From the IMG/VR virus record IMGVR_UViG_3300031251_000003, positions 32,001 to 96,000 of that record: a DNA stretch of 64,000 nt; one strand, 5' to 3'. A model generated the notes under the pieces. The model was not told where the DNA came from and searched no databases. It saw only the letters and a program-made list of their open reading frames with translations. This document shows positions 9,748 to 17,866 of the stretch, one piece after another. Numbering within the stretch: the stretch's first letter is position 1; every line of letters begins with the position of its first letter. The DNA is from a virus. The translations under genes and the position numbers were made by a program.

Positions 9748-9997
9748 GCAGATCATCATTATCGATGAAGACGATAGAGCCAAGATCATTCAGGGTGATG
9801 ATCTAATCACTGGTGGCTTCAGAATCACCGATGTCAACCAAATATCTTCCATTGTCACGCTCGAAGATGACTATGAATCTCCCCTGAGTGACGGTAGTAC
9901 CGATTGTACAGTTACGATGATTTGGGAATATAGATCATCGATGAAAATTGGAGATGAAGTTGGCACTTCGTTCAACATGATCATGTGGGAGGACTAA
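9740..9997 (+). CDS. Hypothetical protein
   Basis: Translationally coupled chain. Confidence 0.6.
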   Translation: MIKQIIIIDEDDRAKIIQGDDLITGGFRITDVNQISSIVTLEDDYESPLSDGSTDCTVTMIWEYRSSMKIGDEVGTSFNMIMWED

Positions 9998-10723
9998 ATG
10001 GGTATTAGAGTAACCAAGGTTCTAGGTTATGGACTCACTGATGTAAAGATCCGAAAGTACAATATCGCTGACGGGCGCATCAATACAAAGAGTCCACTCT
10101 TAGACTACAGTAGCAAGAAAACTCTTGATGACTACATCGATTGGCTCAATACCAAACAACAACAGGATCAAGAAAAATTCTATTTCAACATGGATGGATA
10201 TCTATTCAAGGAACGAGAAGAAGAGGGATTCAAGTGGAACGATAGAACAGGTGCCTTTAGCCCTCAAGATCTCTGCCATCATGGAATCGAGTACATGATG
10301 AAGAATGTACTGCTAATTCGTCCTCTTTCATGTAAGGATTGGAATAGACACGACGATATCATGGATTATATAGAGGAAACCTCTTTTAAGGACGTTGGTG
10401 ATACCGATTACAGTGCCAATTGGGTTAAAGAGATCCCCGGTGGTATCTTTCCTTATAGCGGCTCATTCATGGATGCTAGAACGGGTGAGAGAGTCAAAGA
10501 CGGTATCACACTCTATAGGTATCTAACCTGGCCCTCATATAGTTCTTATCTCCGAGATGAAGCCTGTCAAGAGTATGGATTCAACGATATCGCTGACGCT
10601 TATAAGAATCTAGTTCCCATCGTCCCCGATGAGGTTCGGGATCTATGTGAATGGGGTAAACTGTTCATCGATGATGATGTCTGGAAGCAGCTTCGCCCAC
10701 TATTGTACTGCTACTGGTCATAA
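9998..10723 (+). CDS. Hypothetical phage protein
   Basis: 241-aa ORF, coupled to neighbours on both sides. Confidence 0.7.
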   Translation: MGIRVTKVLGYGLTDVKIRKYNIADGRINTKSPLLDYSSKKTLDDYIDWLNTKQQQDQEKFYFNMDGYLFKEREEEGFKWNDRTGAFSPQDLCHHGIEYMMKNVLLIRPLSCKDWNRHDDIMDYIEETSFKDVGDTDYSANWVKEIPGGIFPYSGSFMDARTGERVKDGITLYRYLTWPSYSSYLRDEACQEYGFNDIADAYKNLVPIVPDEVRDLCEWGKLFIDDDVWKQLRPLLYCYWS

Positions 10724-10980
10724 TGGGTACGACTTATAGCGAAGTTCTACAGACTTTGACCGATACGTCTCTTAGAGATGCTGACTCAAGGTACTATCTC
10801 CATGGATATATCCGTGGTAGATGGGGAGATGTTCAGATTGTGATGTTCCCGCCAGATAATCATAAAGCTGCATGGGAAATGGGCTTGAAAGATGGCGAAG
10901 CTGATGCCCATCCTATATACGAATACATTGCTATATATGAAGATAATGAAGCTTACTCACATACACAGAGGATAGGATAG
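10723..10980 (+). CDS. Small Rmf-like family paralogue
   Basis: YYLHGYIRGRWG...AAWEMGLKDGEAD. Confidence 0.7.
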   Translation: MGTTYSEVLQTLTDTSLRDADSRYYLHGYIRGRWGDVQIVMFPPDNHKAAWEMGLKDGEADAHPIYEYIAIYEDNEAYSHTQRIG

Positions 10981-11262
10981 ATGCGTAGATTCAGAGAAAT
11001 CAAGATCTGGAAGTTCCATATCCGTCATTGGTATTCTATATGTTCCAGGCACTACCATGGAAAGGACGATTGCCCTGCATGTAATACAGGGTCTAGTCGT
11101 TGGTTCTTCAGTGTGTGGATTTCTAGATTCTTCTATGGGCCAAGTCCTAGTAAGGGTGGCCCATTAGGTAAGACTGGACGAGAGATCTGGCTATGGTATG
11201 TAAACAGGCCGAATAGCAAGGCTAAGCGGGAGTTGAAGAAGTGGTTCCCAAGACTAAAATAA
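10981..11262 (+). CDS. Basic, Trp-rich hypothetical protein with C..H...CxxC motif
   Basis: SICSRH...DCPACNTG. Confidence 0.6.
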   Translation: MRRFREIKIWKFHIRHWYSICSRHYHGKDDCPACNTGSSRWFFSVWISRFFYGPSPSKGGPLGKTGREIWLWYVNRPNSKAKRELKKWFPRLK

Positions 11263-11289
11263 TGTGGAGATACAGGTTGGCGATGCTGC

Positions 11290-11314
11290 CGCCTCAATGG
11301 TTATTGAGGCGTTT
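11290..11314 (+). terminator. Possible intrinsic terminator (lies inside a possible 36-aa ORF, 11262-11372)
   Basis: CGCCTCAAT-ggtt-ATTGAGGCG followed by TTT. Confidence 0.4.
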
Positions 11315-11395
11315 ACCTATGAAGCTTCGCCTATGGTTCTATTGGTGGGCAATACAGGATCTGCTTAGATGAGATGCAGTTCCGCATGGTAATAT

Positions 11396-13546
11396 GTGAT
11401 GAATTCAGTAAAGAGCAACGTCTTTGATCCCATCCAACCTAACTTAGATCAAGTTATATTTAATGGCACGGATCTTAGGCCAAGTGTAAACAAATTTGTC
11501 CAAAAGATCTACTATCATGCCCTGAATCGTAAGCTTGGTGTGACGGGTAGGGATTGGGCACACCTGTATCTCACTGGCAGCCTAACAACTTACCAGTATT
11601 CGGCTACTTCTGATGCCGACCATAGTGTTTTCCCTGACTATGACAGAATTTGGAAGCATCTCAATATAGATCCGCATGATGCTCGTGTCATGTTGGTAGA
11701 GATGTCTATCGATTACCTAGATGGTATCTTCATTCCCGGAACCCTTCATCCTATCCAGTTCTTTGTCGAGAGTCCAGGGGTTGTACCGACTGATAAGTTT
11801 CGCCCAGGACTCAGATCTGCATATGATCTTTTGGATCGAGAGTGGTTTGTAAAACCAGAAAAGGAACGAGCACACAGCGTACAGGATGAATGGCCGGATG
11901 TCTATGAACGAGCTTCAGAGATAGCCGACAAGATGACTACTATGCTTGATTCTGGTAACTACGATGCGGCTCAGAACCTGTGGATTACAGTACACAAGAA
12001 GCGACAATTGGATCAGCAGGCCGATCTAGGAGATTTCTCTGAAGGCAACATCACCCTCAAGCTACTCTTGAATCGTGGCCTTATTGATCGTCTCAGAAAT
12101 GAAGTTGGATTGAAAATCCAGACTAAGGTAGGAACTCTCTATAATCCTTTGGATTCAAATAGGTTTAAGGCGGTGTTTGCCTTTGGTTATGATCCTGAGT
12201 CTGATACATTAGTGGCTGACAGAACTCATTACAGTGTCGTAAAAGAACTTATAGGGAAACTTGGTGCTCCCAAAGAAGATACTCGTGGTTTTGCAATGAG
12301 GATAAAACCCGTGCTAGGCTGGGTCTATCAGGACTACAATACAGGAGATCATGCACCAGATTGGAAAGTTGAGTTTGCCTCAGATCTCTATGACCAACAG
12401 GCTGGCTGGTCTGAAGCAAGGAATCAGCAGGCTCTAGAAGCCCTCCAACGAGAGAACCCTAACGCTAACATCACGTATGCGGGCCAGAGCGATTACAAGA
12501 ACCCAGATGATACCTATGAGTATCACGAAGCTACTCTCCACACAAGTATGCCGCCGTGTTGGCAGGCACCACAGTTCTTCGAGGATTATCAGAAGAGCTA
12601 TACACCTGAAGTAGGGGAAACTACAGAGGTTAGAGGCTATGATTGGGAAGTTGATTATGCCCGACTCTTCAAGCTTATTCACATGAAGACCTGGCCGCTA
12701 AAGAACATCGACGTAAGATTACTAACCCCGGAACACAAGGACTGGAACCAAATTTATGGGTATTACGAAAACGGCAAGATCTGGATCCATCCGTTCCTAA
12801 CTGCTGCTGAGGCTAGTGAAACTCTCTGGCACGAGATCCAGCATCAGTATCAGGATCAAGAAAAACGAAGACAATACTACAACTACAACGTCCCAAGGCG
12901 TAATTTCGATTATGATGTATCTGAGGAAGAACATGATCCTAGTCAATATGAAGAGCATCCCGACGAGATAGACGCAAATATGTTTGCTCAATTCATGAAT
13001 ATGGGAGAGCAAGCTTCTACGTTCTTGGTTGTGCCTATGCCGCCCAAGTACGATCCAACCTGGGTTCCCAGAGAACTACACCTGGATCGAGGCGAGTGGG
13101 ATGAACAGAACGAACTCTATGCCTTAACCCCGGAACAACTCAAGTCCGAAGAAGACGCACAGGTAAAGCTCTTCCGTACCGACTACAGTTTTTGGCAAGA
13201 GACTTGGGTTTCCGAAGAGAACTTTAGATGGAGTATCGTTGCTGCATTACCAGAGCTTTGGGAAGATCGAGTAACGACCAAGGTTATCTGGGATTGGGAC
13301 AAGGATCGTATCATCCTTGGGACAATGGCTTCATTGCCACAACTGCCTAACTCCAAGATAGTAGGAGAATACCATGACGGCAGGGTCACCTTGTTTGAAG
13401 CCGAGAAGCAATGGATCTCTCCTGTGTATTTCCGACGGCTCTGGCATAGTTCTTATCCTGATAAGGAACTGAAGGATGTTTACTTCCGTCGAGGTACGGG
13501 AGATGAGTATAAGTTGAGAAGTCTACCAAGGAAGCGAAATGTCTAA
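11396..13546 (+). CDS. Multidomain protein: Pol-beta-type nucleotidyltransferase + His module + HExxH metallopeptidase-like domain
   Basis: LTGSLTTYQYSATSDAD (GS..DxD); FAFGYDPESDTLVADRTH...LGWVY; LWHEIQHQYQ...HPDEIDAN. Confidence 0.75.
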   Translation: MMNSVKSNVFDPIQPNLDQVIFNGTDLRPSVNKFVQKIYYHALNRKLGVTGRDWAHLYLTGSLTTYQYSATSDADHSVFPDYDRIWKHLNIDPHDARVMLVEMSIDYLDGIFIPGTLHPIQFFVESPGVVPTDKFRPGLRSAYDLLDREWFVKPEKERAHSVQDEWPDVYERASEIADKMTTMLDSGNYDAAQNLWITVHKKRQLDQQADLGDFSEGNITLKLLLNRGLIDRLRNEVGLKIQTKVGTLYNPLDSNRFKAVFAFGYDPESDTLVADRTHYSVVKELIGKLGAPKEDTRGFAMRIKPVLGWVYQDYNTGDHAPDWKVEFASDLYDQQAGWSEARNQQALEALQRENPNANITYAGQSDYKNPDDTYEYHEATLHTSMPPCWQAPQFFEDYQKSYTPEVGETTEVRGYDWEVDYARLFKLIHMKTWPLKNIDVRLLTPEHKDWNQIYGYYENGKIWIHPFLTAAEASETLWHEIQHQYQDQEKRRQYYNYNVPRRNFDYDVSEEEHDPSQYEEHPDEIDANMFAQFMNMGEQASTFLVVPMPPKYDPTWVPRELHLDRGEWDEQNELYALTPEQLKSEEDAQVKLFRTDYSFWQETWVSEENFRWSIVAALPELWEDRVTTKVIWDWDKDRIILGTMASLPQLPNSKIVGEYHDGRVTLFEAEKQWISPVYFRRLWHSSYPDKELKDVYFRRGTGDEYKLRSLPRKRNV

Positions 13547-13724
13547 AGTACCAGACATTCTGGCTCAGGATACTAGATCTTATCATTATGCGGTAGGCTA
13601 TTCTTGGGGTTATGGGAATGACCATACTTCTGAGATGTTGGTAAGCTACTTACAGACAGCAACTAAAGATTGGTTAATGGGTTACGCAGATGGGAAGGGG
13701 GATCGTGAAAACTCCCAATTTTAA
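13539..13724 (+). CDS. Small Rmf-like family paralogue
   Basis: YAVGYSWGY...WLMGYADGKGDRE. Confidence 0.7.
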   Translation: MSKVPDILAQDTRSYHYAVGYSWGYGNDHTSEMLVSYLQTATKDWLMGYADGKGDRENSQF

Positions 13725-13896
13725 CCTAGATTACTATTGGACAGTCAAAGGAGATTTCTATTCGACTAGTTACGTTGCAGGATATATGAGGGGTCGTTGG
13801 GACTGCGCACTTCCTGATGAAATTGAACCGCTGATACATAGTCCTTTTGGAGTGATGGGTCTTGCCGATGGACGTGGAGATAAAGAATATGACTAG
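13690..13896 (+). CDS. Small Rmf-like family paralogue
   Basis: YVAGYMRGRW...VMGLADGRGDKE. Confidence 0.7.
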   Translation: MGRGIVKTPNFNLDYYWTVKGDFYSTSYVAGYMRGRWDCALPDEIEPLIHSPFGVMGLADGRGDKEYD

Positions 13897-14611
13897 TGGG
13901 ATATGGACATTCTCAGTAGGTGATAACCGAGGCCAGTTCAATCGTGCCCAGGCTTTCATGGCCATGCAGTATCCGAACGAGGTTCATGGCCTTGGTGGTC
14001 ATTGCATCAATCCAAAGTGTGATCACGTATGGGACGCTAACGATGAGAAGGAGATATCCCAGAACGACGGCTACATCGAGTGCCCAAATTGTGGATGGTC
14101 ACAGAACGTGTACGCTGAGGGTGTGAATCGTGTTGGTCTAACTAATGATCAGATGGGTCAAATAGGAGAGGATATCGTCTCAGGAATGAAGAACATTCCT
14201 TATCTAGGCGAGATCACCTGGGTATCGGGCTACAAGAACTTCCCCATAGACCTGATAGCTGGCCCCTTTGGTGTAGAAGTAAAGACAAATCATTCAGAAT
14301 CGCAACCCCGATTCAAACTTGGGGGTGGTAATAACCCCCAAGGTGGAGCATACACTCTTAAATCAAAATTGCAATATGTTCAGAGCGAGAACCTACGTCC
14401 TGCTCTGGTAGGTGTTCGACTCAACTTCTACACTGATAAGGCTGATGTGTTCGTTCGGCCAGATAGTTTCTCAGATACCTGGATCGGAGCGCCATCCCTG
14501 AATCACATAGCCACGATAGACTTCTCTAACCTGAATCCCTTTAAGGATCCGTCTCAAGTGCCGCCGCCAAGTCAGTTACCTGACGACGATGACTCAGATA
14601 TTCCGTTCTAA
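13889..14611 (+). CDS. Zn-ribbon + PD-(D/E)xK endonuclease-fold protein
   Basis: CINPKC...CPNCG, then GQIGEDIV...PIDL...VEVKT. Start moved to ATG 13889 (GGAGA RBS upstream). Confidence 0.7.
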   Translation: MTSGIWTFSVGDNRGQFNRAQAFMAMQYPNEVHGLGGHCINPKCDHVWDANDEKEISQNDGYIECPNCGWSQNVYAEGVNRVGLTNDQMGQIGEDIVSGMKNIPYLGEITWVSGYKNFPIDLIAGPFGVEVKTNHSESQPRFKLGGGNNPQGGAYTLKSKLQYVQSENLRPALVGVRLNFYTDKADVFVRPDSFSDTWIGAPSLNHIATIDFSNLNPFKDPSQVPPPSQLPDDDDSDIPF

Positions 14612-14621
14612 ACCTAACACG

Positions 14622-14636
14622 TAATAGATGATATGG
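14622..14636 (+). promoter_or_regulatory. TAATAGATGA late-promoter-like motif, leaderless start
   Basis: Same motif at 9064-9078 (-), 29836 and 51645. Confidence 0.55.
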
Positions 14637-17614
14637 ATCTAAAGTTCGTGTGGGCCGATGGAAAGCTAGGGTTTGGTAGTGCATACAGCAAGGTTCACCA
14701 TAAAGACATTCTTCAGCAGATGATCGACAATGGACAGGTTCAATTTCCTGTCCAAAACTACGTTGCAGGCCAGTTCATCCAGGACGATTTTCATGGGCCA
14801 CAATTAGATCAGATCCGCATAGTATGGCAGGGTGGTAAGCATCCTACAACAGGAGAGCTACGTTATCAGATTCAACAAGAGTTGAATCGAACTAGCCGGT
14901 TGTCCATGTACTCTAAGGTATCTTACACTTCAGAGTTAGAGAAGTGGGTTTACGTTCGTGGTTATGGTGGAAATGTGTGGGAAGATTTGGAGTTTAGCCA
15001 GAGCGCACAAGACGACTGGTATAGAGAGAATTGGGCAGAGGATGAAGAAGATCCTCCTGATTACAGTGACGCCCTTGTGTCCCATCTTGAAACGCTTGGT
15101 TCACTTGTAGGTTTAAATTTGGATTACAAAAAGCCAGAAGATTGGCAGAAGTTAAAGGCCATGTTAGCAACTACTCCTTATGCGATGGGGTTATATGATT
15201 CGTATAAAAAGGTATTCAGTGGTGACTACTTTAATGGATGTACTCCACAAGAGGTTAACGAAGAATTGTTCTATGACGAAGCAACACCCGAAGGTGGCGA
15301 CCTAAGAGATTCTTATGGGAAGGTGGGTGCTGATGTAGAAGATACCGAACCCGCTGGCGTCAATGTAGGATTCTTACACGATCCTCACAAGGAACTCTAT
15401 CCTAATCTATTTCGTGGTGGAAAGGTGATCCCCAAGGATGTCCGTGATATCCTAAAGAACCATGTATTAGAGCCACTTTCACAGGAATTCGATAACCCGG
15501 ATAGCTTCATCTACTTTACCATCTATGGTTCAGGGATCTCGTACAATTGGGATGAGAGTGGAGACTTGGATCTTCAGTTATGGGTTGACCTTGAGAAATA
15601 TAGCGCGACTGCTAACGATCCTCTCCCGGTCGATGATCTCTTAGCAGATATCCGCCGCATCGTTCAAATGGTCAACTTCCCATCCTTCAATGAACTAGGA
15701 TTGACCGATACAGGAACGGCTACTGAGGATACAACGGGAGTAATGTTGATCCAATACTATCCGAAGCCCGGTAAAGGAACCAAAGAAGAGAACCTAGCCT
15801 CACAACCGTACGCTTGTTACGATCTAGAGACAGACAAGTGGCTCGTGAAGCCAAAGCCCATTAGACCTAAGTTCTATGGCGAAAACTTCCTACTCCTAAT
15901 GCCCAAGGCTAAAGATATCGCTCTACAGACCGAGGCACTTCTAGGAGAGTACCAGCGTAATATCCTTAACTGGCAGTTTTGGTACGCGATGTGGTCGAGG
16001 TACAAGAAGAAGGAATACAAGGATCAGTACAAAGAGGCCATGGATGATGCCACGCAAGAGAAGGAAGGGATCAAAGTTCTTTTCCAGGGTGTCTTCGGTG
16101 GACGTGCTGAAGCATATTCTCCTGAAGGTCAGGGGATCATGGACGAACGTGATATGCTACAGAAGCTTTTAGAAGTCTGGGGAATCTTCCAGGATCTTAA
16201 GCATTTCGCTCGTGCTCCGTTGCCTTGGGAAGAGCAAGATATGCCGTTACCTACATCCTCAGTCAATTTGCAATTGATCCCCGGTGGTGGAGATTCAGAC
16301 CGGCCCAGATTCAAGAAAGACGACCAAGTTACTGGTGCTCCTGGGTCTGATCGAGAAGGTATTCGAGGCTACATCATCTATGGCCCTGACGAGGATGGGA
16401 GTTATGGAGTCCAATGGTATCCTATAGATTCAGATATGGAGTTACGTAGAGATAACGAATTGATACCTTACGGTTATACAGGGCCAAGGAGAATGGCCGC
16501 TACTCATGAGGATATCCTCTATCACGGCGGCGGTACCTTCTATGGAGTCTTCGACCCTGATCTCAAACCTTCCACGAAGGATCATGGATATTGGGTTTCA
16601 GTACAGGGCCAAGAGTACATCATTCCCAAGGATGATCTCAATATGGATGTCGTTCTCAACTATGCTGATCATGCTATTACAGAAGTTGGAGAATACATCG
16701 GGGCCTGGATTGATCAGGCTAAAGTATACCTGGACGTAACGAAATGGTTCCCTGATTTACAGGAAGCAATACAGTTTGGGGAACAGAACCATCAGCTAGC
16801 CATCTGGGATATTGCTAACCAAACAGAGATTCCTTTGGCCACAACACCACGCACAGCGGCGTTACGCAAGCTTGCGGTATGGTCTGACATCATGGAAAAG
16901 GCTAAGAGACTCCGAGATACCGGTAAAGTACAGATTACTAACAACCTTTCCAACCATGTTGTAGGTCAGGTCGAAGGAGATCATGGAACCTACAACACAG
17001 AGATATGGCGAGATGATCCTAATAGTGGTACCATTAGTCTGTGGAATTGTGATTGTCCATGGAGTCAATACTCTTGGGGTAGAACGAGACAATGGAAGAA
17101 GTACGAAGGTAGACCTTGCGCTCACACTCTAGCCCTTTATTGGACAGCGTTGGCGACACCAGTTGCCGATGAGAACCAGCAGACTCTTCCTGGAACCACA
17201 GCACCAGGGCAGTCACCGCAACAGCCCAGCCCATTGGATCTTCCAAATGCTCTTCAACAGACCATTCCTCCACAGATGCCTCAATCCCAGCCTGTGGTTC
17301 CGAGCAAGGAGAACGAACAGCTAACTATTTCATTCCCCGGTGCTCTATCGAAGTGGAGAAAGGAAGGTGCATTTATGAACGGAGATATCGTTAGGGTCAA
17401 CCAGAAAGTTGAAGGTTGGGATGATCGAGAAACGATGCATTCTATTCAAAGGAACACCATTGGTGAAGTTATCTGGTCTGACGATGAGGAAACAATTTGT
17501 ATCTTCTCACTCAATTCTGGGATGCTTGGGCCACATAATGTACGAGTCACAGCACCAACTTCGGCATTTACTCTGATGCCCCGAACTAGAGGGGTTGCAC
17601 CACGGAGACAATAG
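14633..17614 (+). CDS. Multidomain protein: two His modules + Pol-beta NTase + SH3-like + unknown domain + SWIM Zn finger + SH3-like
   Basis: IYGSGISYNWDESGDLDL (NTase); CDCPW...PCAH (SWIM); FVWADGKLGFG...HHKDIL...VAGQF (His module). Confidence 0.75.
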   Translation: MDLKFVWADGKLGFGSAYSKVHHKDILQQMIDNGQVQFPVQNYVAGQFIQDDFHGPQLDQIRIVWQGGKHPTTGELRYQIQQELNRTSRLSMYSKVSYTSELEKWVYVRGYGGNVWEDLEFSQSAQDDWYRENWAEDEEDPPDYSDALVSHLETLGSLVGLNLDYKKPEDWQKLKAMLATTPYAMGLYDSYKKVFSGDYFNGCTPQEVNEELFYDEATPEGGDLRDSYGKVGADVEDTEPAGVNVGFLHDPHKELYPNLFRGGKVIPKDVRDILKNHVLEPLSQEFDNPDSFIYFTIYGSGISYNWDESGDLDLQLWVDLEKYSATANDPLPVDDLLADIRRIVQMVNFPSFNELGLTDTGTATEDTTGVMLIQYYPKPGKGTKEENLASQPYACYDLETDKWLVKPKPIRPKFYGENFLLLMPKAKDIALQTEALLGEYQRNILNWQFWYAMWSRYKKKEYKDQYKEAMDDATQEKEGIKVLFQGVFGGRAEAYSPEGQGIMDERDMLQKLLEVWGIFQDLKHFARAPLPWEEQDMPLPTSSVNLQLIPGGGDSDRPRFKKDDQVTGAPGSDREGIRGYIIYGPDEDGSYGVQWYPIDSDMELRRDNELIPYGYTGPRRMAATHEDILYHGGGTFYGVFDPDLKPSTKDHGYWVSVQGQEYIIPKDDLNMDVVLNYADHAITEVGEYIGAWIDQAKVYLDVTKWFPDLQEAIQFGEQNHQLAIWDIANQTEIPLATTPRTAALRKLAVWSDIMEKAKRLRDTGKVQITNNLSNHVVGQVEGDHGTYNTEIWRDDPNSGTISLWNCDCPWSQYSWGRTRQWKKYEGRPCAHTLALYWTALATPVADENQQTLPGTTAPGQSPQQPSPLDLPNALQQTIPPQMPQSQPVVPSKENEQLTISFPGALSKWRKEGAFMNGDIVRVNQKVEGWDDRETMHSIQRNTIGEVIWSDDEETICIFSLNSGMLGPHNVRVTAPTSAFTLMPRTRGVAPRRQ

Positions 17615-17866
17615 ATGAAGAAGCAGCACAAGGAGTCTAAATGGTGGAGAGCTTGTCCATCTTGTCATCAATTAGTCTATACAACAGGGTTTGGAATAGG
17701 GAACCATGCTTGTCCTCCCAAGGCTGTAGCGAAGCGAGATGCTGAGCTAGATATGGTTGTTGAGGAAGAACTCTCCACTTGGAATGCTGACCTAGAAAGG
17801 TTTTGGAATTCTTCGGATGTAAAATTTATGGAATATATAATTCAGGAAAAGAAAGATGGCAATTAA
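17615..17866 (+). CDS. Small Zn-finger protein
   Basis: CPSC...HAC. Confidence 0.6.
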   Translation: MKKQHKESKWWRACPSCHQLVYTTGFGIGNHACPPKAVAKRDAELDMVVEEELSTWNADLERFWNSSDVKFMEYIIQEKKDGN

